A DNA stretch of 64,000 nucleotides from Euprymna scolopes (lineage: Eukaryota), in NCBI GenBank assembly GCA_053919585.1, contig CM132803.1. One strand, given 5' to 3'. Within the stretch, counting starts at the first letter, position 1. Every line of letters begins with the position of its first letter. A program made the position numbers and the translations under genes. The notes below the pieces were generated by a model that had not been told where the DNA came from, ran no database searches, and saw nothing but the letters and a program-made list of their open reading frames with translations. Positions 13,749-28,898 of this stretch are shown here, piece by piece.

Positions 13749-16160
13749 ATGTTGCTATTAGTAAACACATTATTGCCAACATACATTCTACTATTAACTC
13801 TACATGGATCTGTATGCATTGATCTTACTTACACAACTGAAGAAGGTAAAAGTTCAAATACTTACTTGGGAAATATTGCAGTTGATTCAAATATCATGGA
13901 AAATATTGACTCCAGTGATTACAGGTCTATTACATTCAGTTTATTACAAGAAGGTGTTGGCAGTACTCCATTATTCCGTGTCTCTAAGAATACAGGAAAA
14001 CTATACACTGCACAAACACTGGATGCTGAATCACTTTGTACATATAATGTAGAATGTTTTCAAATGGTTGATGTTGCTGTGAAAAAGGCATCCACATTCA
14101 TTAAATTATTAGAAATCAAAGTTATCATTAAAGATGTAAATGACCATCAACCTGAGTTCCCAGATAAGCAAATTAATATTCAATTTGATGAAGATGATGG
14201 AAGAGGGGTGAAGAGGTTAATACCTCATGCTGTAGATAGAGATATTGGAATTTTGAATGCTCAAATTACCTATGAGTTGAAAAAGAAAAAAACAGAACCA
14301 TTTACATTATTTGTTTCAAAAAGTGTTGATGGAACATCTCAATTAGCTTTGAATTTGGAGGAAAAACTTGATAGAGAAATCAAAAGTTTATATCAAATTG
14401 AAGTAATTGCAAAAGATGGTGGCAATCCTTCAAAACAAGCGAGGTTAAATGTTCAAATCACTGTAATTGATGTGAATGATAATTTCCCAGTTTTTTCTGA
14501 AAATGTTTATAATGTTTCAATTAAAAACAAACCAGATGCTGTTTTGCCTATTACTACTCTATCTGCAAAAGATTTAGATTCTGGCAAAAATGGTCAAATA
14601 TTATATCATTTCAGTTCAAAAACATCAGATATTGCTAAAACTCATTTTGATTTAAAATCAGAAACTGGAGAAATTTTTCTAGTGAAAAAATTTACAACTG
14701 GACAAAAATTGAAATATAAACTTTATGTTAAAGCTTCTGATGGAGGCAATCCTCCATTAAGCTCTCTAGTAATGGTTCAAGTAAATGTGATCAATGAACA
14801 GAACAATGCGCCAACTATAAATATCAATTTTGCCTCAACATCTGGTGACAAATTTATGAAAATTTCAGAAGATATTAAGGTTGGAAGTTTTATTGCATAT
14901 GTGAAAGTTACAGATCCAGATCTTGGACAAAATGGAGATGTTACTTGTACTCTTGATCATAATAAGTTTCAACTCCAAAGTCTGGATACAAAGAAATATC
15001 AAGTAATTGTAAAGAAACCAGTGGACCGAGAGAGTGAAGATCACCATGACATTAGGATCAGTTGTGAGGATAAAGGAAATCCTCCTCTTGAAAGTGAAAG
15101 CAGATTTTCAGTCCAAGTGATGGATGTGAATGATGAACAGCCACAATTTTCTAAACAATTATTTAAATTCTTCATTGATGAAAACCAGAGATCGAAAATT
15201 CCTATTGGCACAATCAATGCCACAGATCCAGACTTGGGACTTGGAGGTAAACTGTCTTTTTCTTTAGTGAGCACCAATAAACAATTTGTACCATTTCGAA
15301 TCACTGAAAATGGATTAATCTCTTCAATTATGTCTTTAGACCATGAGTTTCAAGATACTTATAATTTTGAAGTGTTTGTAAAAGACAAAGGAAGTCCATC
15401 ATTGAATAACACAGTGAATGTGATTGTTAAGGTGAGAGATGAAAATGATAATGCTCCATATTTCACATTTCCCAGTGTTAATCCTTATAATATGGATGTA
15501 ACATATTACCCGCATCATACAAAGAACATCAGCCAGATAAAGGCATCAGACAGTGACAGTCAAGAGAATGCATTTCTAAAATATGAAATAATCAGAGGCA
15601 ATAGCAAACAGATATTCAGCATCAACCAGTACACTGGTTTGTTATGTTCAACTCATGTCCTAAGCCAACAAGATGCTGGCTCATATGAGCTGGAGTTTCT
15701 AGTGAAGGACAGTGGTAGCCCAGTTCTATCAGCCAGAACTACTGTATATTTGACACTGACCGTAAGCAACAAGACATCAGAAATGTTAAATGCTGTTAAC
15801 ATCAAAAAAGATAACAAGATCCACCTGACTTCAGCAATTATCATTGTGTCTGTAGCAGTGACAATAGCTGTGATCATTACAGCTTCAATCTCAGTGTGTA
15901 TCCTTCGCTGTTGCAATCCTCGAAGTGTTCCAGTAGCAGAAGGCGGATATGTGAGTAGTGGTCAGAGACATTTGATAAGTCCTCCTTACCCAGCCAATCC
16001 TTGGTCTAATGTTGCTCTTCCTACAAGTGATGCAGTTGATATAAGAAGAAGCAATCAACCACCAACACCCAGAATGCAAACCCATCCTTACTCAAGTGCT
16101 CAACAAATGCTGTCATCTCCAGCAAGAAAACCAGATTCAGCTCCAGACACCCTTTCACAG
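13749..16160 (+). CDS. Protocadherin g2 exon 2 (SP, EC1-6, TM, proximal tail)
   Basis: Acceptor ends 13694; ATG 13749; six cadherin repeats; donor CAG|GTAATG after 16160. Confidence 0.93.
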
Positions 16161-16578
16161 GTAATGTATTAGCTGTAATTTCCAAAATTATATTTTTCTG
16201 AATTATTAAAAAAGTTATATTGATACAGATTAACTTTTGATTAATCTCATAAATATACGAAAAAGATTTTGTCTTGATTAATTTTTTGTTCTTTTGTATG
16301 AATGACAGCTGCAATTGTCTAAAAAAAAAATCTCGATTGGCAAAGTTTTATTATCTCATTAATAACTTTTATAAATTTTAGTCATCACTATCTACTTCCT
16401 GCAAGCATATACTGTAATATACATGAACTCTTTTAATCATATAACATGAATGTTAAATATTTCTTCTTCTTTACTTTATACAATAATAAAATATAGATCT
16501 TAATTGCTGAGAATATTTAAATGTTCTCTTTACTTGATATAATATTCATTTCTTTTTTTAACTTTCGAATGTTTTCAG

Positions 16579-16735
16579 ATGTATGCTCAAGACATTGCAC
16601 TACCACCCAATTGTAGTAGAACTCATGGGAAGACAAATAGATTACAAAATTATTCTAGTTCTCGTAAGTCTCCTCAACATGAAAATAGACAAGATTTGAA
16701 TGAAAGAAATACAAGACAAACTGAAGATATTGCAA
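16579..16735 (+). CDS. Protocadherin g2 exon 3
   Basis: ttcag|ATGTATGCTCAAGAC (MYAQDIALP) to A|GTAAGT; 157 nt. Confidence 0.88.
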
Positions 16736-18849
16736 GTAAGTCAGAAGAATTGCATACTTTAACAAATACATTTCTTGATCAATAAACTATTATTTTGGAT
16801 TAAGCCTTGTAAACAGGCTAAATTTTTATCATATACATTTTAATGTTGGAGATGATTTTTAAAACAAATTCTATTTATATGTGAATATTATTGAAAATTT
16901 TTTAAAAATATGTTGGGAACAATTATACTTATATATATTTATATACAATATTGAGAAGTATATAATTATATTATTGTATAATTAATTGTATTAGTTTCCA
17001 ATTGTATTTACTATAAAGTTATCTCAAATAAGGTTTTCATTTGATTTCAAAGCCTTGTTCTAGTTATATGCATATTTGTGATGTTATTTCCCCATTTGAA
17101 ATTAAACCATTACATTAGTAAGTATATAAAATATATTTGAATGGATGAGATTCATTGAAAATTATTTTCTGTTTCAAAGCTGTATACTTGTCCATTATTA
17201 CATTGCAATATTGCATAATTATTTTGTTTATTTAAATGCACAGTTCATATGTTAGAAAATGTATTGACACATTTTTGAGGAAAAGACAGTTCCTTCAATA
17301 TATACATCATATTAATGAAATTGAAATTCACATTTTAGTGATTAAATTTTTTAAAGATAATATTTTTAAAACCGGATTGAAATAATATACATTTTTTTTA
17401 AATTTTACTGATTTAATGAATTTATGTATATATAAAACTGTCATATAATACCTAAATAAGGAGAATATAATGGTCCTTTTTTTCCTATAAAATGTACAAA
17501 AACTAATAACAACTAATTTGACTTGTAAGTTTAACTCTGTGGTTGTTAAATTACTCTGTTCATTTAGTATCTTTGGTTTGGTTAACAATCTTTTCTATCT
17601 TGAAGATTATTTTCTCTGTTAATACCTTAATACTTGCAAATAGTATTATACATAATGGAGCATTATAATATGTTAGTCACTTTCTTGCTTAGCAAATAAT
17701 GAACAACTAATAATGAAGATTATCAAGATAATATTTTCCTATTTCTTTTTATGTAAATATATATTTGCATATACTTATAAATATATTTTACACACACACA
17801 CACACACATGTATATATATAATAATAAATACTAATAAATTTTGCTTATCTGAGTACTTTATCGCAGTTTCAAAGTTTAGCTATTTTTAAGAAGTTTTTCA
17901 ATATATTTATGAATTATATTTATACATTTGAATAAAAATTCAAAAGTTTTTTTTTGTTTTGTTTTTTTCAGAAGTCAGATGTTGGATTAATTTGAATTTA
18001 TGTATAACAAGAGTGTTAGTGAATTGCAGTTAAAAAATGTTTTTTATCTCCCTTTATTTATCTTTTTCATCATAAAATATATCTTTAGATTTTGAATGTT
18101 ATACTTTTTTTTCCCCCTTATGGTTGGAATTACACTGATGTAAACATTTATCTATATGCTATCGGCCAAACGATCATATTTCAAAAATATATGATTTAAT
18201 GAATGCACAGAAAATTTACAAAACACAAAAGATCAATTACAAATTCTTTTTTTCTATATATTACTAGTATACTGATTAATAACAAGCTTTCATTTAGAAT
18301 TATATAATGGGGCGAGGTAGATAGTTGGATTATGTAGATATGTTAAAGCATTGAAATTTTAGTTGAAATAGAAGGAACTAGAAAATAAACGGTTCTTTCG
18401 TACAACAGGAACATGTGACAAAATGAATGCTCTCCCTTGGTCCAGGAACCAACATCTTATACTACTGATCCACTATCACCTTGCAAACTGTTTTTTTTTA
18501 TGTGCGTACATTTTTTCAACTGGACAAAATGTTTTGAAGTGTTAACCCGAAAAAATATATTAACATAAAACAGTTTGCAAGATTATAAGGGACGAAATTG
18601 TTACCATTATTATTAGTGATAGTTTTATTTAAAAAAATATCCATCACTTAATTAGTGTAGCAAAATGAAAGCTTTCTCACCTATTACTTAGTTAAAAGTA
18701 ACTAATGAGAGTTCAATTTTGCTCATTAAGCGATGCCATTTTTCATATTAAAATGATCAAGCATCGGAAACTCTGAAACTCAGACATATCAACAATATAG
18801 ACCCCAAATAGGAAATTCTAGAGAACAGAAATAACAATAATTGAAGTAA

Positions 18850-20060
18850 ACTAGTAACAAGCATCACAGCTGCAACTACTGACACTTGCAGAACAATACT
18901 TGGAAGAAGCGAAAAACTATACAAAACTGTAGTGGTGGAATTCATTAACTAGTGAACCTATAAAGATGAAAGCCATAGTTTTCAAAACCTTGAAGAGAAT
19001 AGGCCTACCAACTGAGAAAAACAAGTATAAAATGGCATTTTGTCATGCTCATGATATCATCCGACACAAGAATAGAGCTTATTATAGTTTACTGAGTAAA
19101 CTGGTATGTAGATGTCACGTAATGAAACTGAAAGGCTCTATAAGGCCATCTACAAAGTTGTTAGAGAACTGAAGAACAGCTCTGACATATCTGCACAGTC
19201 GTGTATCAAGTCTGATGATAGAAAACTTCTAAAAATTGCTGAAAGATGGGAGGGAATATTTTAAAATATTAGTTAATGATGGGATCAGCAAGGATCAGTA
19301 CTTAGCACATTCTTCTTTATAATTGTCCTCAAAGAGCTGACAAAAACCTGCAAAAATTATGCTCTGTGAGAGATTCTGCATACAGATGATATTGTTATGG
19401 AAAATGTTACAGCATTTACCAGGTGGAAGACAGATCTTGAAAGGAGCAACTTCAAGGTTTAATTTCATTTACAGCATCTGTTGAAATCTGACTCCTATTG
19501 AAAGAAACATTGTTGTAAAGGTTGAAAGAGTCAATAATTCACATACTAATGTAACATAATTGATTCCAGTAGGCAAACTCAGACAGCTATAAAACAACAT
19601 ACATCTGCCACATGAAGAATCTTCAAGCAACTGTCAACAATTTTACAAAATGCAAGGATCCAATCATATACAAAAGTGGCAGCATGCAACACATGCATTT
19701 GATCTGTACTCTGCATTGCTGTGAAACATGATCAATGGTGAGATTTAAGAACAACACGATTTTGGCTGCAGCACATTGAATGGAGAAAGTTGCCGGTTTA
19801 ACTTTGTAGACCTCCATGAGAAAGTATGTTGCACAATGATGTCTACATTGGTACAGACATTTCGCCTGCTACCAGTCATCCGGAATGTTCCAAAAACACA
19901 TTCCCACATTAGCATTGATGGCCCAAAGACTGTGAGGAAATCACATCAAGGAATGATGGATAACAAGAGTGAAATGGCAACAGATTGGGAAAGTTGGAAG
20001 TCATTCACAAACCATCTAATCTTAAACATGAGACAAGAAGAAGGAAAATGAAAATAATAA
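18850..20060 (+). mobile_element. Highly degraded non-LTR retrotransposon (RTE-like reverse transcriptase remnant)
   Basis: Broken RT motifs: QGSVLS (~19288), EILHTDDIV (YADD-like, ~19370), ERVNN-TY, LHCCET. Many stops and frameshifts; boundaries approximate. Confidence 0.55.
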
Positions 20061-21091
20061 AAATTAACTTATGCATATTAATTTCCATTATGTCCTTTAT
20101 ATTATCTCAAAATGGCATGCATGTATCTGAAAAATTAAGGAAGTTATTAAAAATTTGAACCAATCAGTCAATGTTATGAGCTATACTTACTCAATGTTGC
20201 CCAGACATCTATTTCAATCTAGTTTGGGTTTTACACATTGAGCCTCCCCCCTTCTCCTACCTTTTCTTTTAATTTATTATTAAAAAATACTTACATTTTT
20301 GAGACCAAGAAGGGTATAAAGACCCCAGCCGATGAGGGAAACAAGTGAGACAACTTTCAATTGAGAGTTGCTTTACCTTGATCTTCACACACAGCATTCT
20401 GTAAATAAACATAGATCGAGTTGTTTTGTTTATTTACTAACAAGATTTTTTTTAATTCACAACTTTTTCATAAAACTATTTAAACAAAACTTTTTAATAT
20501 ACAAATGAGGGATAATTATTGTACATTTTATTAGTTATATTATTTTTTGGTAAGTGTTTTAATTTTTAAATAAGAAAAAAACCTGGGTTGTTTTCATCAG
20601 CAGATCGATATAGGAAATATATTTTAAGAAAAAGATGAGGAAATAAAAGACAATCCTAGGCAATTTTTATGCATAATAAAATCACATCTCGAATGTGTAG
20701 TTTTATTTACAAAACTTTTTTGTATCGTTTAATCAATACCTTTCCTGTCCTCAGAGAAATCCTTCTGTCCTCAGAGAAATCCTGAGGCTATTTTAATTTT
20801 TGTTTAAATCTATTTTAGGAGAAACAGGATTTTTTAAAATAATTTTTTAAATGGCCAATTAATTATCTCATTATAAAATCAGCGTTTTTCTTTTCAATGA
20901 AAACGATAAGACGTCTTAGAAAATGTTGAAATTTAAATCCCATGTAAATTTTTCTTTTAAAATTGAAATATGCATGGGCTGAAGTATTTTTCTTAACAGC
21001 TGTTGGATACTAGCTCTTTTTCTCTATTCATTTGAAACAGTTTTTTTGTGAAGTTTAATTGAATTACTTAGTGTATCATTTACTAATTATA

Positions 21092-21135
21092 TCTATCTAT
21101 CTGTCTATCTATCTAGTATTATATAAAAGGAACTC

Positions 21136-21174
<39 letters not shown>

Positions 21175-21973
21175 GTGCGCACGCGTGTGTATTCATTCAT
21201 TTCTTATAGACTCAACAAGGTCAATTTTTAAAAAAATTCATACAAATGTACTTCATATATACCTGGTAGTGTTTTCAGATTTTTTCAGATAGGTTTTTTA
21301 TCATAGTGTCTTTGATAAATATCAATAATCAATAATCAAAGAAATCTGATGAAAGAAGAACAGGCAATTTTTATTAAAGTTAACACCTTATACAACCTAA
21401 CATCACAAGTGCATTTGAGAAGGTTTATTATTACACAAGCAGAAAGGCCCGGCATATAAAATCAACAGTAGGTTCTTTGATATGATAGGAGTGTGTTCGA
21501 AATGAATGTTTTTGTTTAGATCATGAGTGAACCATGATACTTGACTTTTTAATTTTATACTTTAATTCAAGCCATTATCACCACACATATAGAAAGGCCC
21601 GGCATATGAAATCATCAGTAGGTTCTTTTAAATGACAGAGTTGTATTCAAAATGAATGTTTCTATTTAAAGCACAATTGAACTGTGATACTTGACTCTTG
21701 CATTTAAACTTTAATTCAAGCCATTATATATAAAATAATTTTATAAAATCAACAGTAGGTTCTCTACAGTACAATGTAGGCTACAATGTATTGTGGACTA
21801 AGTCATTGCAGGGAAGCTTCATTCCGGTGCTATGGTTCCCCAAGTAGAGCAGGCAATTAATCGATTTAATTGAAAAATGGGCGATTTCATCAGTTTCATT
21901 AACAATAAAATATGAGTGTAACACATTTGTTGCTCCTCATTCAATCCCGGCCAACATCGGGTTTCCCTGCTAG
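21092..21973 (+). mobile_element. Non-autonomous Helitron-like element
   Basis: 5' TCTA.. start with (TG)n/(GA)n microsatellite; 3' hairpin CCCGGCCAACATCGGG then CTAG|T (21970-21973). Internal ~150-bp direct duplication (~21440-21580 / ~21590-21728). Confidence 0.7.
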
Positions 21974-22094
21974 TTAATTTAATAAAATTGTTTAAAATGA
22001 TATACCTTTAAAAAAAACGTTAGTTTAACAAATCATGTTCGACATAAATTACTACAGATAGATGGTTTGCTTTCTAACAATTTTATTATATTTG

Positions 22095-22132
<38 letters not shown>

Positions 22133-22975
22133 GTTGGTTGTTAGATTTTATGGCATCTGATCCATCATTGAATCATTTTATTTTGAAATTATACATACAC
22201 TTTATATATTATTGGTTCGTAGATTAATTTATTTTGGAAACAGTCTGTAATTGGTAGTTTTTACTTAACTGGAGTTCTGCAGAATGTACCTGATCGAATA
22301 GGAACCTGATCATCAGATAAAATATTATGCCATTTTCGGGAAGGTGATGAATTGTTGAATATTTGGGAAACAGAGTAGACAGAAAAAAATGTAGAAAAGA
22401 CTGGGTGAGGTAAAGATGGATAATTTGTTCAAGGGTTGTATATGTAACTGCATACAGTTTAGTATTGTACGAATCCTATTTAATGCATTGATAAGACTGA
22501 CAGGTACTACCACTTCAGGTTAAAGTCAATCTGAGAGTAATGATAATTAATGGGTAACTGTACAAATCTCCCAAATTTGAAACTCATCACTGAATACACT
22601 TAGGTCTTGCACGATTTTATTCTTTCTGAGTAATACAATGTCATTTGCTAAAAGACCTTATTGAAAATAATTTTTACACTGAGCTTATCAATTAAATATC
22701 TCTAAAATCTAATTAAGATGGAATTTATTTTGATATGTTTAAACAATAATTTTATATTAGAACAAATAGATTATGTGTATTCAAAATGATTTTTGATTAT
22801 AAACTAACATAGGTTTAATAAATAAAGCAAAGTATTAGAGAAATCAAATTTAATAAGGATAAATATATCATTTTTTTCTGAGTAATGTCTGTACTATTTT
22901 AGAGTACTTAGTTTTCTCTATCGTCTGAAAACATAAAATTGTTGAACTGATAATAGTTTGTTTCATACTTTTCAG

Positions 22976-23265
22976 ATAATTACTCATCGCAGTATTGTAA
23001 TGCTTCTTCTTCACCAAGTGACCAACAGCAGATCACAGAGATGAGATCCTTAGGACAGACGGTCAGCTACCCAAGTGATACCACCATAGTAGCCAGGGGA
23101 TTTTATACACCCTATATGAATGAGAACAGCCCTCTTACAGATAGAAAACCTTACTCAGGATGTGACTCAAATAGTTCCTCTGGTAGACATTCACAACCAA
23201 GAAACGTGTCTGCAAGTGATAGTCAGTCATCTATCAATAGACCATTACCCCCTGTACCTATCTAA
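22976..23265 (+). CDS. Protocadherin g2 terminal coding exon
   Basis: ttcag|AT AAT TAC; NNYSSQYCNASS...YPSDTTIVARGFYTPYMNE...NRPLPPVPI-TAA; spliced product 952 aa. Confidence 0.9.
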
Positions 23266-24058
23266 ATTCTTTTTATAAATTAATTATCATTATTTAATTT
23301 TTTTATATTAAAAAAAACTACTGCATTCTCTGCTTCTCAAATCAAATTAACTTAAACACATGATCCTTGAATACCCATTCAAATTGTTACCTAAATTAAA
23401 TTAATTCATAATCGTCATTAATTTAATTAAGATAAATTTATAATAACAAATATATTAAAATATTTTATTAGTTTTAATATTACTTTTTATTTTAATTATT
23501 TAAGTTTTTCATTCCAAAATATGAAATAAATACATGTATTTAGACAATTTCTGTATATTTTTATCACTGAAATTTTAAAGTTGACATTTTATTTATTTTT
23601 TAGAAAAAATTAAATTCTTATTTAACTATCAAAAACCATATTTCTGAATTGGTTTATTTGTATTCTCTTTCAATACATTTTATTTTAAAAAAAAAAACAT
23701 ATATATATTTCTATAAGAAAATAAATTTTATAATCTGTTTTAAATTCTTTAATAAAAATGCATAGTATTTGAAAATTGACATTTAATTATATAAACATCA
23801 CCATCATCATTAGCAGCAGCAGCAGTAATGGAAAGAGGAAAGCAGAAAATGACAGAGAAATATATTTATTTATATAGCACTTATTTCGTGTTTTTTATTT
23901 ATTAATTTATGTCTAAATATATTTTTAAAATTTATAAAGTATTTTTTTTCCTTACATTTAGCAATGGTTATCACTAAAATAAAAATATTTCTTTGTTAAG
24001 TTTTTGTTTCAAGACTTCGTTTCTATAGTATAGTGGCCTATCATAAAGAAAGCGTTAG

Positions 24059-24208
24059 GCAGCCATTACTCAGGCAACACACAACGTAGGACTACTAGCT
24101 TATGTGGAACACAAAGAAGAATTTAAAAAAATACCACAATATAGTTATTACTATGAATTCAATATTTTACCAACATGCAAGTTAATGCAAACAGAAATAA
24201 GAACAAAG
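24059..24208 (+). promoter_or_regulatory. g3 conserved promoter/5' element and putative non-coding exon 1
   Basis: GCAGCCATT(24059)-N19-TAGGAC(24087); donor AAAG|GTAAGT after 24208. Confidence 0.7.
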
Positions 24209-24956
24209 GTAAGTAGCTATAATTTTATTTCTTTATCTTTGTCATTAAATAGAAGTTATATAAAGGCATAATATTGAAGCCAGGACAATGTGTTAACGGT
24301 CTGAGCTTACATCTTATAATATTATTAAAAAAAAAAATAAAGTGTCACCTATTTTTATGATAACCTAGTGTTTAACAATATTTTATCTCTTCATATAGAT
24401 TTTCATTGTTTTCCTTGAAATTATATTTTATTAGTTATACATAGTTTTTATGTAAAGAAAACAAGTTTGTAATATCAACAATGAAGATGGTTATTACAGA
24501 TCGATAAAGTTTTAATTATTTTAATGATGTTTCAACATATCTGATCATCAGATATTTTTTAGTTTTATGGGAAAATTCTTTGTTTACTTATGATTATTTG
24601 GACTTTTCAAGCTTTTATTTCATTATATTTTCCTTGTTTACATAAAATTCAAGTGATGTTTACGATATTAATTATTACCATTTGAAATGACATTTTTATT
24701 AAGAAAATGGTATTAATTTTAGTTCAGCTGTATGAAGAAAATCCATTTTAAAATGACTGAAATTTATTTGATCAATATCTAAGATGGTAGTTTTTAATTT
24801 CATAAGCTCATCTAATTCAACTTGCAACAAAATATTTTTGTTTAAATATTTGTTATAGATAATTTTCTTTTTTTGTATTAATAATTAATTAATAAAATTA
24901 ATTAAATTTCAGGATCAAGAAACTGTTGACTTTCCAGATTATAACTTTATCAAAAT

Positions 24957-27353
24957 ATGTTTACAAGAATTTATTTGATTCTCTTTGTCATCCACATTTG
25001 TTTATGTGCGGATCTCATTTATTATGTGGAAGAAGGGAAAAGTCCAGGTACTTACCTGGGAGATGTTGCTACTGATTCGCTTGTGTTGAAGGATATATCA
25101 CCTCAAAATGCTCACCAAATTAGTTTTAGTCTTTTGCGAAAAGGTGCCACTGGCAGTTCGCCTTTATTCCGAATCTCTGAGAAATCTGGCAAACTATACA
25201 CTGCCCAAACATTAGATGCTGAATCACTTTGCCTCTTCAATAAGGAATGCTTTCAAATGGTTGATGTAGCAGTGAGAAAAGGAACAGCTGTTTTCAAATT
25301 ATTAGAAATTAAAGTAATCATTAAAGATATCAATGATCACCAGCCTGAGTTTCCAGAGAAAAAAGTCAGTATAACATTTTCAGAGGAATTTGCTAAAGGT
25401 GCAAGGCAGTCAATTCCAAATGCAATTGATAAAGATGTGGGAATTATTAATTCAAAAATAACATACGAGCTTATGAAGCAAAGAGAGCAACCTTTCTCTT
25501 TATTTGTATCTAAAAGTGTTGATGGAACATCAAAACTGAGCATAATTTTGGAAAAAAAACTTGATAGAGAAATAAAAGACTCTTACATGCTTCAAGTGAT
25601 TGCAAAAGATGGAGGTTCTCCACCTAAAGAAAGTGTTTTAAATGTTGACGTTATTGTCACAGATGTTAATGACAATATTCCTGTTTTCTCAAAGAAAGTT
25701 TACAATGTTTCAATCCAACATAATCATGACGAAGTACAACCTGTAACTGTATTGTCTGCTACAGATTTGGATTCTGGAAAGAATGGAAAAATTTTATACT
25801 ATACCAGTGTGAAAACAAATGATATAACAAGAAATGCTTTTAAAATAAATGAACAAACAGGTGAAATATTTCTAAACAAAAAAATGATTATAAGAAAAGA
25901 TTTGGTTTATGAGTTGTATGTTGAAGCTTCAGATGGGGGGAAACCTCCCTTGAGTGCATTGGCAAAGGTTTTAATAAATGTGATAAATGAACAAAATAAT
26001 GCTCCAATTATTGATGTAAACTTTATCTCAACATCAAAGGAAAATACAGTTGATGTTTCTGAAAACATAAAAGTTGGTAGTTTCATTGCTTATGTGAAAG
26101 TAAGTGATGAGGATGCTGGTCAGAATGGAGAGGTGAACTGTGAAATAAAACATGATAAATTTCAATTGCAAAACATGGGAACCAAGAAATACCAAGTGAT
26201 AGTGAAAACTCTTTTAGACAGGGAAACTGAAGATCATCACAGTATAATTATCAAATGTCAAGACAAAGGATCTCCTCCTCTTCAAAGCAAAAGGACATTT
26301 TCTGTACATGTGATTGATGTTAATGATGTAGAACCAGTGTTTTCTAAACAATTATTTAAATTCTTCATTGATGAAAACCAGAGATCGAAAATTTCTATTG
26401 GCACAATCAATGCCACAGATCCAGACTTGGGACTTGGAGGTAAACTGTCTTTTTCTTTAGTGAGCACCAATAAACAATTTGTACCATTTCGAATCACTGA
26501 AAATGGATTAATCTCTTCAATTATGTCTTTAGACCATGAGTTTCAAGATACTTATAATTTTGAAGTGTTTGTAAAAGACAAAGGAAGTCCATCATTGAAT
26601 AACACAGTGAATGTGATTGTTAAGGTGAGAGATGAAAATGATAATGCTCCATATTTCACATTTCCCAGTGTTAATCCTTATAATATGGATGTAACATATT
26701 ACCCGCATCATACAAAGAACATCAGCCAGATAAAGGCATCAGACAGTGACAGTCAAGAGAATGCATTTCTAAAATATGAAATAATCAGAGGCAATAGCAA
26801 ACAGATATTCAGCATCAACCAGTACACTGGTTTGTTATGTTCAACTCATGTCCTAAGCCAACAAGATGCTGGCTCATATGAGCTGGAGTTTCTAGTGAAG
26901 GACAGTGGTAGCCCAGTTCTATCAGCCAGAACTACTGTATATTTGACACTGACCGTAAGCAACAAGACATCAGAAATGTTAAATGCTGTTAACATCAAAA
27001 AAGATAACAAGATCCACCTGACTTCAGCAATTATCATTGTGTCTGTAGCAGTGACAATAGCTGTGATCATTACAGCTTCAATCTCAGTGTGTATTCTTCG
27101 CTGTTGCAATCCTCGAAGTGTTCCAGTAGCAGAAGGCGGATATGTGAGTAGTGGTCAGAGACATTTAATAAGTCCTCCTTACCCAGCCAATCCTTGGTCT
27201 AATGTTGCTCTTCCTACAAGTGATGCAGTTGATATGAGAAGAAGCAGTCAACCACCAACACCCAGAATGCAAACTCATCCTTATGCAAGCACTCAGCAAA
27301 TTTTATCTTCTCAAACAAGAAAACCTGAACCAGCTCCTGACTCTGTTTCACAG
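24957..27353 (+). CDS. Protocadherin g3 exon 2
   Basis: Acceptor ends 24912; ATG 24957; six cadherin repeats and TM; donor CAG|GTAAAT after 27353. Confidence 0.93.
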
Positions 27354-27554
27354 GTAAATCAAATTTTGTACTTCTTAATTTTTATATAATTTTAAAAAGT
27401 ACATAATGAATTTAAATTGTACATTTAACTGAACTTTTTCTGTTAACAATCATTTTTAATATTTACATATTGAATTAATTAAATAAATTATATAAATGTT
27501 TTCATATTTTAGCATTTCTTTTAAATTTTATTACTGTTTTACTATTCTATTTAG

Positions 27555-27714
27555 ATGTATATTCAAGATATAGCATTGCCATCTGGTAGTGACAGAAGTC
27601 AGAAAAAAGTTGCCAAAATGCAAAACTATTCCAGTAGAAATTCTATAAAATCTCACAATGATAACAGACAAGGTTGGAATGATAAAAACACAAGATCAAT
27701 TGAAGGCCTTACGG
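27555..27714 (+). CDS. Protocadherin g3 exon 3
   Basis: ttag|ATGTATATTCAAGAT (MYIQDIALP) to G|GTAAGT; 160 nt. Confidence 0.9.
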
Positions 27715-27864
27715 GTAAGTCATGAACCACAGTTGTTTTTACATAATATTTTTTCACCTAATATATGGTCTTTTTATGTGGCACAACAAAAATAAGAAAT
27801 ATTACATTATTAAAATGAATTGAAAATTACTAAGAATATTATTATACTGATCTATATTTTATCA

Positions 27865-28898
27865 CTAGCCTACCCGTGACGTATGTTATGTTAGCTATGG
27901 AATTAATGTATGAGTGTGACACTTGTGACGTAAAGATAATAGTTTTTTGTGACATAACAGAAACATTTCTATGAAAGTATATTAAAATGAAAAAAGAATA
28001 TAGATAGATTTCTATGAGTCGTTCTGTTTATAATTGTTTATTTTTGAAAAAAAAAACTTACAGCCATTGAATTATAAGTGGTTAGCCATACTTATAGGTA
28101 AATGCGCACTGAACAGATACCATAATACTTAAAGTTAAATTCAAATTTTGATATATCTTTTAATTTAAACATGAAAAAAAAAAAACAATTGGGACACTGA
28201 AAACGTACACAGTAAAACAATACATTTTATTGTCACATTGATTATTTATTTGTAACGCAAATTAAAAAAAAAACATTTTTGGAGTTATTTATGTTGGTAG
28301 TGTAAAAGAAAATGTATGAATGTTTTTTAAGAAAGGTGTATTAAAAAATGGAGAATAAATTTAAAAAAAAAGGAAGGTGATGGGTAATTCACCATTTTAA
28401 AATGCTCTTATGGTAAGCAACGGGTTAACGTAGATTTATTTTTAAGAAAATTGCATTAAAATAACTTAAACGTAATAGGGAAATGAACGATGTATAAAAA
28501 ATGCAGAAAGTATTAACAATTGTTTATTTGGATAATTTAAACACGAAAAAAACAGTTGAGACGCTGAAAACGTACGCAGTAGAACAATACCTTTTATTGT
28601 CACATTGATTATTTATTTGTAAATATGTTTTTTTCTAATTTGCGTTACAAATAAATAATCAACACAACAATAAAACTTATTGTTTTACTGTGTACGTTTT
28701 CAGCGTCCCAATTTTTTTTCGCATTTAAATTATCCAAATAAACAATTGTTAATGCTTTCTGCATTTTTTTTACATCGTTCATTTCTGTATTATGTTATGG
28801 GTTTATGGTTATGTACGCATGTGCAACCGGAAGTCATAAACCGGATGTGGGGTTACAACACCCGTTACAAGGTCATTTGAGTTTTATAATTATATAGA
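27865..28898 (-). mobile_element. Non-autonomous Helitron-like element (minus strand)
   Basis: Minus-strand 5' end TCTATATAATTATAAAACTCAAAT at 28898; 3' end CTAG at 27865-27868 next to a degenerate CCCGTGACGT hairpin; internal direct and inverted repeats. Confidence 0.6.

Noticed and set aside
22130-22610. SINE-like fragments (also ~32740, ~33218, and a repeat shared by ~31330 and ~59763)
   Set aside because: They look like old interspersed repeats, but family and boundaries cannot be supported without a repeat library.
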